NCBI RefSeq assembly: GCF_000012285.1
Contig: NC_007181.1
Span: forward strand, 1,980,001-2,012,000
Source: Sulfolobus acidocaldarius DSM 639
GTDB taxonomy: Archaea > Thermoproteota > Thermoprotei_A > Sulfolobales > Sulfolobaceae
Reading direction: 5' to 3'
Length of the DNA stretch: 32,000 nt
This document shows, piece after piece, positions 10,337 through 18,687 of the stretch; positions within the stretch are counted from its first letter, which is position 1; each line of letters opens with the position of its first letter. Below the pieces are notes generated by a model, which searched no databases, was not told the origin of the DNA, and saw nothing but the letters and a program-made list of their open reading frames with translations. The position numbers and the translations under genes were made by a program.

Positions 10337-12065
10337 TGCTTTACCGTCTTACAACAGTGTAGTCCTAGTCTTAGATGGATTCAGAAAGGTGAAAGTGAGG
10401 ACAACATTTCCCATTTACGTTATCACTGATAGACCTGAAATGATAGCTCAACACCCCTCAGTAGTGAATTATAACGAGGAAGTATGGAGGGACTTAGAGG
10501 GCAGACAGATAAGGCTATACAAATTTGAGCTAACTGACATAAATGCGTATTATTACATAAAGAAGAGAGTTAAGACTGTAAATGAGTTACCCACTGTTAT
10601 GTCGCAAGTCTTACATAGGCTAAATGCATTACCATTTAGAAAGATCACTATAGAGGAGAGTGGAAAAGAAAAGAGTAGTAGTGCAGAGAGGGTGGGTAAC
10701 ACTAGTACTAGGATAGAGCTCCACCCAGAGGAGTTTCCAAAAGTATCATTTGCAACAGTTACAAGTGTTGACTGGTATGGACCATCGCCTTACGGTAAGA
10801 GATATGTCGCAAACATTAATGGAGAGGAGGAAGAACAGGAGGGGAGGATAGACGATTTAGACCTGAAAGTTGATGTGGCTGAATGTTTCGGTATTGCCTG
10901 TGACAAGGTTAAAGCCTCGGTGAAGATAAGGAGTAAGAAGGCACCAGTATCTATTAAGGGATTAATAGAGTGGTCTCTACTAAGTAAGACTTTGATAAGG
11001 GAGTTAGAGAATTCGACAATAGGTAAAGCCTTAACCACGAATGAGGCGTGGATTGCCTTCCAGAGAAAGGTTATTATACCAAATGTGGTTCCAAGGGTAG
11101 AAAAAATGAGAACACTGGATCAATTAAAGGCTGTGGATAAGGGTGGGTTAGTTATCTTTCCTAAAGTAGGTTGTTACAATAATGTATACCAAGTTGATTT
11201 CTCCTCCATGTATCCGTCATTAATAGTTAAATACAATATATCTGCTGAGACAGTGGATAAGTGTAATGATGTGGAGACTGAAATAGGTCATACGATTTGC
11301 CTAAAGGAGAAGGGAATAGTGCCAGAAGCATTGGAGTGGTTAGTTAATAGAAAAGAGGAGTTGAAGAAATTCGATAAGGAGAGAGCAGAGGCGATAAAGT
11401 GGATTCTCGTTGCCTCATTCGGTTACCTAGGGTATAGGAACTCTAAATTCGGTAAAATAGAGGCTTATGAGTTAGTTACGTATTTTGCACGGAAGACATT
11501 AAGGAGAACAATAGACTTAGCTAGAGAACATGGGCTGGAGGTTTTACACGGAATTATAGACTCATTAATAGTTAGAGGAGATAAGATTAGGGAGTTTATT
11601 GATCACACACAGCAGGTTACAGGGCTAAAACTGAAAGAAGAGAAGATGAAATGGGTAATGCTATTTAACGCTAAAGACGGAACCCCATATCCAATGAGGT
11701 ATTTAGGAAAATTAGAGAACGGAGAGATGAAGGTTAAGGGGTTAGTTAGGAAAAACATGCCAAACATCGTTAAGGAATTTCTCGAGGACGTGGTTGAGGT
11801 AATGGGTAGAGCCGATACGTGTGAGCAGATCGATATAGGTGAGATTGACGTTATTTACAGGAGATATAGACAACGGGTTGCTCATGCAGAACCAAAGGAC
11901 TATGTATTATGGGTCAAGGGAAAACCTTATGTCAGGGGAGTGAGGGGATTTTATGACGCCAGGAAGGGTTATAAAGGAAGAGATATTTTCTATTATCTAC
12001 ATTATTTAGAGAGAAGTTACGAGGTGATACTCTCTGCTCTCAACGGGATTCTCGACCTTAGATAG
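10317..12065 (+). CDS. dpo2: Family B DNA polymerase, exonuclease-less PolB2/Dpo2 type
   Basis: The start resembles a PolB N-terminal domain (MEGYLVDA...FPIYVITD). Motif A is DFSSMYPS (11196-11219), a motif B-like segment is KWILVASFGYLGY, and motif C reads HGIIDS (11547-11564) instead of YGDTDS. No ExoI-III motifs are present. GTG 10308 is an alternative start. Confidence 0.85.
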   Translation: MEGYLVDALPSYNSVVLVLDGFRKVKVRTTFPIYVITDRPEMIAQHPSVVNYNEEVWRDLEGRQIRLYKFELTDINAYYYIKKRVKTVNELPTVMSQVLHRLNALPFRKITIEESGKEKSSSAERVGNTSTRIELHPEEFPKVSFATVTSVDWYGPSPYGKRYVANINGEEEEQEGRIDDLDLKVDVAECFGIACDKVKASVKIRSKKAPVSIKGLIEWSLLSKTLIRELENSTIGKALTTNEAWIAFQRKVIIPNVVPRVEKMRTLDQLKAVDKGGLVIFPKVGCYNNVYQVDFSSMYPSLIVKYNISAETVDKCNDVETEIGHTICLKEKGIVPEALEWLVNRKEELKKFDKERAEAIKWILVASFGYLGYRNSKFGKIEAYELVTYFARKTLRRTIDLAREHGLEVLHGIIDSLIVRGDKIREFIDHTQQVTGLKLKEEKMKWVMLFNAKDGTPYPMRYLGKLENGEMKVKGLVRKNMPNIVKEFLEDVVEVMGRADTCEQIDIGEIDVIYRRYRQRVAHAEPKDYVLWVKGKPYVRGVRGFYDARKGYKGRDIFYYLHYLERSYEVILSALNGILDLR

Positions 12066-12159
12066 GATAATACAAAGAGATGAGATAGTTGAGTTCTACT
12101 CTACAGACTACAATTTACTCTATGAGTTCTACCATAGGGTAATAGTCGTCTCCTCTCCC

Positions 12160-12618
12160 GTGAAAGTGATTATAGTAGGTGAAAGAGGAGGGCTAAATCC
12201 CTTACTAATAGAGAGATTTAAGAGAATATTTCAGAGAGACGGAGATATTTATATCAGAAGAGCATTTAAGATAGAGGATGTCAAACCAACCATTGAGGAG
12301 ATGGGAGACGAGTTTATACTGATTAACCCTTATCATCACGGTAAGAACTACACAGAGATTGTGGCAGCGATAAGAAAGACTAAGGGCAGAAAATTCTTGT
12401 TCAGCAATATGGATAGAGAGGTTAATGGATCATTATTTGGCTCCCATTCCGTACACTCTATGATTAGACTTGAAAGAGGCGAAAGAGGATTTAAGGCTAT
12501 AGTGGTCAAGAGTCTTATACTAGAAGAAGTGGAAATACCCTTCGGATACTGGGAAATTTTCGGCAAAGATCAGGGAGAAGGCTTAATGAAGTGGATTCTG
12601 ACTTCCTCCCCGCCTTGA
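12160..12618 (+). CDS. RecA-fold RadA-paralogue-like protein lacking Walker A/B (homology extends upstream to 12028)
   Basis: ERGGLNP, FILINPY and SLFGSHSVHSMIRLERGERGFKAIVVKSLILEEVEIPF follow the RadA-paralogue core pattern. The same frame upstream of GTG 12160 reads LSTGFSTLDRII...EFYSTDYNLLY, with no P-loop. The last 26 nt, including the stop, lie inside repeat copy 1. Confidence 0.6.
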   Translation: MKVIIVGERGGLNPLLIERFKRIFQRDGDIYIRRAFKIEDVKPTIEEMGDEFILINPYHHGKNYTEIVAAIRKTKGRKFLFSNMDREVNGSLFGSHSVHSMIRLERGERGFKAIVVKSLILEEVEIPFGYWEIFGKDQGEGLMKWILTSSPP

Positions 12619-12635
12619 AAGGCTAGGTGCTCCTC
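12593..12635 (-). repeat. Dispersed ~42-bp hairpin repeat, copy 1 (possible IS200/IS605-end or MITE fragment)
   Basis: The minus strand reads GAGGAGCACCTAGCCTTTCAAGGCGGGGAGGAAGTCAGAATCC, with the palindrome GCCTT-tc-AAGGC. Confidence 0.6.
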
Positions 12636-13176
12636 AAATTGCAACTTGATTTAAAATTGGAAAGGAAAAGTGACCTTTAAGTGAGGATACTTGATAACTA
12701 GAGATCAATTGAACGTTTAGCTAAATGTTTTTAGAGAAAACCTTATCTCATGTATAATACAGACTCCAGTTTAGGTTAGAGTCTTCTCGGTGAACATCGA
12801 CTTAGTAATTCGACTTGTAGTCCCTGGATCTCCAGTCTTTTTACTTTAGACAAACAAGTTTTTATCCGTTTTACTTGTCATACAGTTATACTAAATAAAG
12901 AGAAGTCCTTCCGGCTAAGACATATAAAAGCCAGTAAGGGAAAATTACTTTATAGTGATCTGGTGAAACCTGACTATAGTCGAGTATTACATTAAAACCT
13001 CATCTTCCAAAGACCCTTGTAAATACATGCTTTACGCTCTTAAGAATTTTACATAAGTCGACATAATCAGTTATCCAGGGCTCAATCATCAATCTTGCCC
13101 TGCCCAGTGAAAATCATCATCAGTCTTGATTATACTTATGTCTCTATTATAAGTCTTGACCTAATCAAATTATGTT

Positions 13177-13219
13177 GAAATTTCTCATTTCCTCCCGCCT
13201 GAAGTGCAGTGCTCTCTTC
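13177..13219 (-). repeat. Dispersed ~42-bp repeat, copy 2 (more degenerate)
   Basis: The minus strand reads GAAGAGAGCACTGCACTTCAGGCGGGAGGAAATGAGAAATTTC. Confidence 0.5.
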
Positions 13220-13524
13220 AATTCATAATTCTTCAGATCGAAATTTATGTAGACTTTAGCGATAAAGATCTCATTAGTACTGAGAACATAAGAGAGGACT
13301 GTTTGAAATAACAATTATTAAAGATCAGGTTTCATCATGCAGTATATGACTTATTCATCATCTATTTTAAGGCTATACATTTATACTGATTATTAACAGT
13401 TAAGCACTGACTCTTTGTTAAATTATAAGCAAAGTAGATAAATATAGAGAACTTTTATGATATTTGTTTGATAAAAATAGAGCACATATATAAGTTTAAA
13501 TAACTTTGACGTGAATTTAACTTT

Positions 13525-14271
13525 ATGAGTAGCGACGTTGATATCATAGTAGAAAAGATAATCAATAATCCTAGATTAATGGACGCACTTTTTAACAGAT
13601 TCTATGAGAGAGTTAAAGAAGAATTAATAGTTAAGAAGATTGAAGAACTAGAGAAGAAAATGAGTGAACTTATAACTAATAGTAATAGAATATGGGAAAG
13701 CATACAAGCAACACAAAACGAGATAAAAGCTATACAAGAAGACAACAAGAAAATATGGGAAAGCATAGAAAAACAAAGAGAAGAAACTAAAAGAATATGG
13801 GAAAGCATACAAGCAACACAAAACGAGATAAAGGGGATTAGAGAGGAAAATGCCAAAATATGGAAGGCAATTGAGAGAATTAATATTTCCTTCTCCACAT
13901 TCACCTCTAGAAGTGGTCATTATATTGAGAGAACTATTATGAATTTATATAAAGAAGCCTTAGAATTACATGGAATTGACTCTTCTAAAGTAACTCATGG
14001 TGTTATTGAGGATACTGAAGGGATAGTTCATAAAGGGAGGAAGTATGAAATAGACTTCTATGAAACTAACGGCGTTATTTACCTCTTTGAAATAAAGAAT
14101 CACGCAGATGAAGGAGCAATAGAACAATTGGAAATTAGGGAAAAAATATTAAGCTCTCTACATAAAAAACCAATAAAGAAATTTCTTGTAGCTAACTCCA
14201 TAGAAAAAAGGATAAAGAGAAGAGCTGAGAGGAGAGGGATAACCGTAATCGCCGGTATAGTGATTGAATAA
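13525..14271 (+). CDS. Coiled-coil protein with C-terminal PD-(D/E)XK nuclease-like domain (DUF3782-like)
   Basis: 248 aa. The N-terminal half is heptad-rich with four (K/R)IW(E/K)(S/A)I(Q/E) units. The C-terminal half has GRKYEIDFYETNGVIYLFEIKNH, a D...E-x-K restriction-endonuclease-fold motif. Confidence 0.7.
   Translation: MSSDVDIIVEKIINNPRLMDALFNRFYERVKEELIVKKIEELEKKMSELITNSNRIWESIQATQNEIKAIQEDNKKIWESIEKQREETKRIWESIQATQNEIKGIREENAKIWKAIERINISFSTFTSRSGHYIERTIMNLYKEALELHGIDSSKVTHGVIEDTEGIVHKGRKYEIDFYETNGVIYLFEIKNHADEGAIEQLEIREKILSSLHKKPIKKFLVANSIEKRIKRRAERRGITVIAGIVIE
13687..13832 (+). repeat. Intragenic direct repeat: identical 41-bp units at 13687-13727 and 13792-13832 (105-bp offset)
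   Basis: AGAATATGGGAAAGCATACAAGCAACACAAAACGAGATAAA occurs twice exactly. Shorter AATATGGGAAAGCATA / AATATGGAAGGCAAT relatives lie near 13753 and 13858. Confidence 0.9.
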
Positions 14272-14819
14272 AATGCATTAGGCACTTTCGTAATTCTACC
14301 CTACGAGTACGTACTCTTCATTTATGAATTTCAGGTTTTTTAGTGGGTAAAAATTATATAAACACGTTTAAGGTAATCTTCGTCACAATCAAATACCACA
14401 TTTAACGCATAGAAAACCTGAAATTAAAGCTTAAAGGTGTAGAGACTTGTCAATGTATTTCATTTACCTTTAATCCTGATTATCTATAAAACACAAATCA
14501 AAGCCTAGATAAATACTCTGAACTGTATCTAGAGAAATAAGGAAAATAGGAAAGACGGACTAATATAATGGTTATTCACAAGCTCGTCAAAATTAATTTA
14601 TTAGACCTGACTTTACAAATTCTATATGAGCCTGAAACTGTGGCGATTATACGAGTGAAACCTTACACAATAGAGTAATTCATAAAACATTAAGCCGAAC
14701 CTGAATGCTCCAAAATTGACTTCATTGAAGTATTTTAGTAACAATGTTGAGCTCGCATTTCTTTATGACTAAGGTGTAGAAAGAATAATATAAATTACCT
14801 TTTAGTTTCATATGTTAAT

Positions 14820-15689
14820 ATGACGATTGTGAACTTGGCTCAATCTAATCGGGAGATAGTTGAGCTATTAGTGCCAATTATAGTCGGCTACATGTCGTTA
14901 TTCATTTCGTCTATTTTTGTCTACAGAATTGGTAAGATTATTTTGAGGAGAGATTCAATTTCACTTATTTCAGCAATTATTTTCCTACTTAATCCCTCGA
15001 CTATATTCTGTCTACTTTACTCACCCAAAAATTATGGCTTTGCTTCTGTAGGATACTATTTTGTACCCCTGTTATACTTAATGTCGTATTATTACTATCT
15101 AAAGAAAGATTGGAAGAAATTTACAGCCTTCACGGTAGCTCTAACTCTTACCTCTCCACTTTCCTATTTAATTGCGATAACATTCATAGTATATCTTTTA
15201 ATCAGAAACAGAATTGACGAGAAAAGCTTATCATGGTCTCTATTGAGAGAAAATAAAATATCCTTAGTATTAATTCTAGTTTCATTAATTATTGGCGTTC
15301 TCGTAATACCACAGACCTTACAACATTTTTCATCTCTCCTAATAGCCTCTATATACCCTCAGTATACGTCCTTAAATTACATTTATGACAATGTGTACTT
15401 CAAACTAACATATTGGTTCATATTATTTGGAGTATTTTCTTTTCTGCCCATATTCTCACCCCTTGAACTAATTCCAGCTTTACCTTACCTACTTGTTGGA
15501 CTCTTTTCCTCCTATATACCATATTACTCCTATGGATATTATCCGTATTATTTTCTAGCTCTTCCTATGCTGATTATGGGATTCATAAGGACAATTAACT
15601 TAATTAAAGATGATAAGAGGACAATGTTAATTTCGTATGTGTTCATATTCCTGTTTAATGTTGCGTTATTATATGTGATACTTGAATAA
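14820..15689 (+). CDS. Truncated paralogue of the adjacent large polytopic membrane protein (TM core only)
   Basis: 289 aa. It aligns with residues ~85-385 of ORF 15757-17691 (YYYYLKKDWKKFTAFT vs FYYYLRKEWKKFTLFI, and FLPIFSPLELIPALPYLL vs FLPIFAPTELLPGAPYIL). It lacks the N-terminal ~85 aa, the DFHAE segment and the extracellular C-terminal domain. Confidence 0.65.
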   Translation: MTIVNLAQSNREIVELLVPIIVGYMSLFISSIFVYRIGKIILRRDSISLISAIIFLLNPSTIFCLLYSPKNYGFASVGYYFVPLLYLMSYYYYLKKDWKKFTAFTVALTLTSPLSYLIAITFIVYLLIRNRIDEKSLSWSLLRENKISLVLILVSLIIGVLVIPQTLQHFSSLLIASIYPQYTSLNYIYDNVYFKLTYWFILFGVFSFLPIFSPLELIPALPYLLVGLFSSYIPYYSYGYYPYYFLALPMLIMGFIRTINLIKDDKRTMLISYVFIFLFNVALLYVILE

Positions 15690-15756
15690 TGAATACGGAA
15701 GTAAATTTCAATGAAACATAAATACCTTTAATGTAGCTAGATCCTCGCAATACAAA

Positions 15757-17691
15757 TTAAGGGCTCACCTGAGTTACATTAACTCCTCCAAAGTAAATTG
15801 TGGAATTAATTGATAATGATATTCCGATGAACGCTATAGTTGAATAATAGTCTTTTATAGAGAAAGGAAGGCTAATAATTGACCAGCCATACCCCAGCTG
15901 ACTACTGTCTATTATCGAGTAGTTCAAAACTTTGTTTAGAGTGCTGTCAAATACTTCTACTTTTAGAGTTGTGTTGGAATTGTTACCTAGCTTCAAGTAA
16001 AACTGAGCAACGTAATTACCCATGGCAAAATTATAATAAGGTCCATTCCATAATGTTTTGTTATAAGAAGTATTGTAGATTTTTAAAATTTCAACCTGCC
16101 TATTACTCGAAATTTCATATCTACCAATATTATTTGTAGTATTTACTCCTGTTAGAAGGTAATTAGGTCCGAAAAACTTCGAAAATGGCTTAAAGTAGAC
16201 TACCTTACCTGTGTAATTCAACTTTAGCAATATTAGATTATCACCCTCAGCAATAATACTATAGTTTCCCTTCAACATAGTAAGTTCATTTGATTGACCA
16301 CTAAGTAATACGTACTGAGGAGTATTGGGTAAGTAAGTTATCATATAGCTCGTATTGAAATAGCCATATATTGGATAAGCGTTAACGTCATTTGCAACAA
16401 ATGGGAAAAGATTACTACTGGCTATAACTACAGCGTTGTGAGGTATTAAGGATGTCATAATACTTATTACTTCATAGTTTGCTAGAGCAGTAGATAATGA
16501 TAATTTCGGATTATAGCCACCACTGAAAATCCTTGATGAGTTGGATGGCTGGAAATTATCATAAAGATAGGGATTTAAGGCTACAGAAAGCATAAACATT
16601 ACAAATATACTTACAATTATTATTCTATAGTTTTTTATTAATCTACTTATTGCGTAAACCATGGCAACTACAAACATGCCTGCGCCTATTAGAGGATATT
16701 GCCAACCTATTTCAAAGTAGGGTACATGGTTGGAAAAAAGGATCAACAGAATGTAAGGTGCTCCAGGCAAAAGTTCAGTGGGCGCAAATATCGGAAGAAA
16801 ACCGAAGGAGGCTAGGAGGATTACTAAGAAATTAATCTTATCATACCAAAATAAAGAGATTCCAGAGAGATACAAACTAGAAATTCTCGATGAGTAATAA
16901 GAGGAATATCCTGTTGGAGGCGATACTGAAAAAATCGTGCTAAAATATTTTGGTATTGTTAAGCCCACTGCTAAGGTTACTATGATTATGATTATGAAAA
17001 GTTTATTCTTTCGTATGAAAGTAGCTAGATCATAAGAAAATCCTTCCTTAACATTCTCCTCTTTGGTTCTCCTATTTCTCATAATCAGATAAATCATAAA
17101 GAAAATCACGATCGGATAGGCAGCTTCCATTGTTAGAATTAAAAAGACTATAAAAAGCGTAAATTTTTTCCATTCTTTCCTTAGATAATAGTAAAAAGCT
17201 CCCATATAGAATAACGGAAAAAGAGCTTCAGCGTGAAAGTCAAAGAGCAAACCTGAAATTATCAAGGGGTTGAATAAATATAAAATGGTTAAAATTAAAG
17301 GAAGCCTCAAATTCCGATTATTTCCGAGAACAATATTAGCTATTCTGTAAAGATATATGGAAGAGATTGATATTACCACAGTTTGAATTATTGATAGAGT
17401 TAACCATGAAGGAAATAAGTAGTAGATTGGAATAACTAAGAAGAGTATTAAATAAGGATGAATGGCTAAACCACTTAAAGCACCAAAAGACAAGAAGTTT
17501 GCTGCATCATAGAATATTTTTCCACCATAAATTGTAGAGTAAAACTCCTGCATAAATAACCCTAGGTCAAAGGCACCAGATAATAGGTCGTAAAGCCTAA
17601 TAAAGAATAGAAAGTTGACTATTACATTAAAGAATATAATTGCTAAGAGTAGGATCAGCGTTTCGCCCTTTAATGAAAATTTTAACTTCAT
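15757..17691 (-). CDS. Large polytopic membrane protein, DUF2079/GT-C-like, with glycosylated extracellular C-terminal domain
   Basis: 644 aa. About 12 TM helices, including an LFDFHAEALFP loop, are followed by a ~260-aa soluble domain with many NxS/T sequons (NTS, NYS, NKT, NNS, NTT, NST, NVT). Confidence 0.65.
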   Translation of the reverse strand: MKLKFSLKGETLILLLAIIFFNVIVNFLFFIRLYDLLSGAFDLGLFMQEFYSTIYGGKIFYDAANFLSFGALSGLAIHPYLILFLVIPIYYLFPSWLTLSIIQTVVISISSIYLYRIANIVLGNNRNLRLPLILTILYLFNPLIISGLLFDFHAEALFPLFYMGAFYYYLRKEWKKFTLFIVFLILTMEAAYPIVIFFMIYLIMRNRRTKEENVKEGFSYDLATFIRKNKLFIIIIIVTLAVGLTIPKYFSTIFSVSPPTGYSSYYSSRISSLYLSGISLFWYDKINFLVILLASFGFLPIFAPTELLPGAPYILLILFSNHVPYFEIGWQYPLIGAGMFVVAMVYAISRLIKNYRIIIVSIFVMFMLSVALNPYLYDNFQPSNSSRIFSGGYNPKLSLSTALANYEVISIMTSLIPHNAVVIASSNLFPFVANDVNAYPIYGYFNTSYMITYLPNTPQYVLLSGQSNELTMLKGNYSIIAEGDNLILLKLNYTGKVVYFKPFSKFFGPNYLLTGVNTTNNIGRYEISSNRQVEILKIYNTSYNKTLWNGPYYNFAMGNYVAQFYLKLGNNSNTTLKVEVFDSTLNKVLNYSIIDSSQLGYGWSIISLPFSIKDYYSTIAFIGISLSINSTIYFGGVNVTQVSP

Positions 17692-17899
17692 TCTCTAAGA
17701 TAGGTTATATGGAGTTATTTAATAGTTTATCCTGATCAACTAGCCATGATAAGCGACCTGAGAAATTCTTCGACAGTAGTCAATATATTTATTGCCAAGG
17801 AGTAAAACCGATATATATGTGCAAAAATAATCATTACTTACATGTGATATGAAGTTTATTTTTATACGTGTATGTTGAGATATTAAGTGGCGAAATTGA

Positions 17900-18604
17900 T
17901 TGAAAAATTGTCAAAAATGTGGTTACTCTAACCCTGATGACGCAAAGTATTGTGTAGCGTGTGGATATCCTTTTCCTGAGTCAACTTCTGAACAACAAAC
18001 ACCTTCACAACCTCAACCTGCACCAGAATCTCCTAAGAGACCATTTCCACTGTTTAGGGTTATTGCAGCAGTCGTGGCTATAGTGATTGTAATTGGTGTA
18101 GTAGCTATATTATTAAACACTAATTCTGTATTCAAATCCACTCCTAATTTCAGTGCCGCGGCAGATAACTCCTTTGGAGGAAATTGGATGACACAAAAGA
18201 ATGAGTCTGGTGTAGCCCAAAGATCTAACAACTCAATAGTCATTACCTACTTAAATGGCTCTACGACTTCTATACCCCTTTCTCAAATCTTGAACACTCC
18301 AGGTAACGGTATTCTATTTACTGCATCTAGTAAACTAGAGGTATATGATTTAGTTAATGGGACTAATCAGATTGTCTTGGAGATATTTACATATAATTCA
18401 ACTACATCAATGTCCATGATAAATCCTCTTCTAACAAACGCCGAGGCTTATTATACTGCCTACAATTACTCTAAGGGCACATTTTATTTGACTCAAGGTG
18501 AGGCATTTACCACATATGGTCTGAAACTATTTATTGTAGACTTTTACAATTTTATGCCTACAGTACAGAATGTTACAACTTTTCTAAATCAAATTGTAAG
18601 TTAA
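17900..18604 (+). CDS. Zinc-ribbon membrane protein (N-terminal CxxC-x11-CxxC, one TM helix, sequon-rich ectodomain)
   Basis: 234 aa with a TTG start directly after an in-frame TGA. The order is CQKCGYSNPDDAKYCVACGYPF, a Q/P-rich linker, the TM helix VIAAVVAIVIVIGVVAILL, then an extracellular part with several NxS/T sequons. Confidence 0.7.
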   Translation: MKNCQKCGYSNPDDAKYCVACGYPFPESTSEQQTPSQPQPAPESPKRPFPLFRVIAAVVAIVIVIGVVAILLNTNSVFKSTPNFSAAADNSFGGNWMTQKNESGVAQRSNNSIVITYLNGSTTSIPLSQILNTPGNGILFTASSKLEVYDLVNGTNQIVLEIFTYNSTTSMSMINPLLTNAEAYYTAYNYSKGTFYLTQGEAFTTYGLKLFIVDFYNFMPTVQNVTTFLNQIVS

Positions 18605-18687
18605 AACCCTTTTACTCTTTTTCTTCATAATCAACAGCAACTATCTCGTTATCTACTATTTTTACCTCCTCTGAGTCAATCTTACTT

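Noticed and set aside
10317-12065. Calling the PolB ORF an inactivated pseudo-polymerase or pseudogene because the exonuclease domain and YGDTDS are missing
   Set aside because: The ORF is intact. It retains the motif A aspartate and one motif C aspartate (IIDS), the metal-ligand pair. Dpo2 of this architecture is reported to be active in vivo.
13067-13120. Candidate C/D box sRNA on the minus strand (ATGATGA ... TGATGA ... CTGA, 54 nt)
   Set aside because: Box order and total length fit. However, the C'-to-D spacer is 15 nt rather than about 12, there is no D' box (CUGA) about 12 nt after the C box, and there is no terminal stem. This is not enough to call.
13325-13361. Second pair of ATGATGA boxes on the minus strand
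   Set aside because: The only CTGA lies 3 nt after the second box, leaving no room for a guide. It is incompatible with C/D sRNA architecture.
13602-13920. Two minus-strand ORFs (90 and 100 aa)
   Set aside because: They are antisense to the coiled-coil gene. They stay open only because the sense strand is a purine-rich AAG/GAA repeat. Their products are Phe/Leu/Ser low-complexity sequence.
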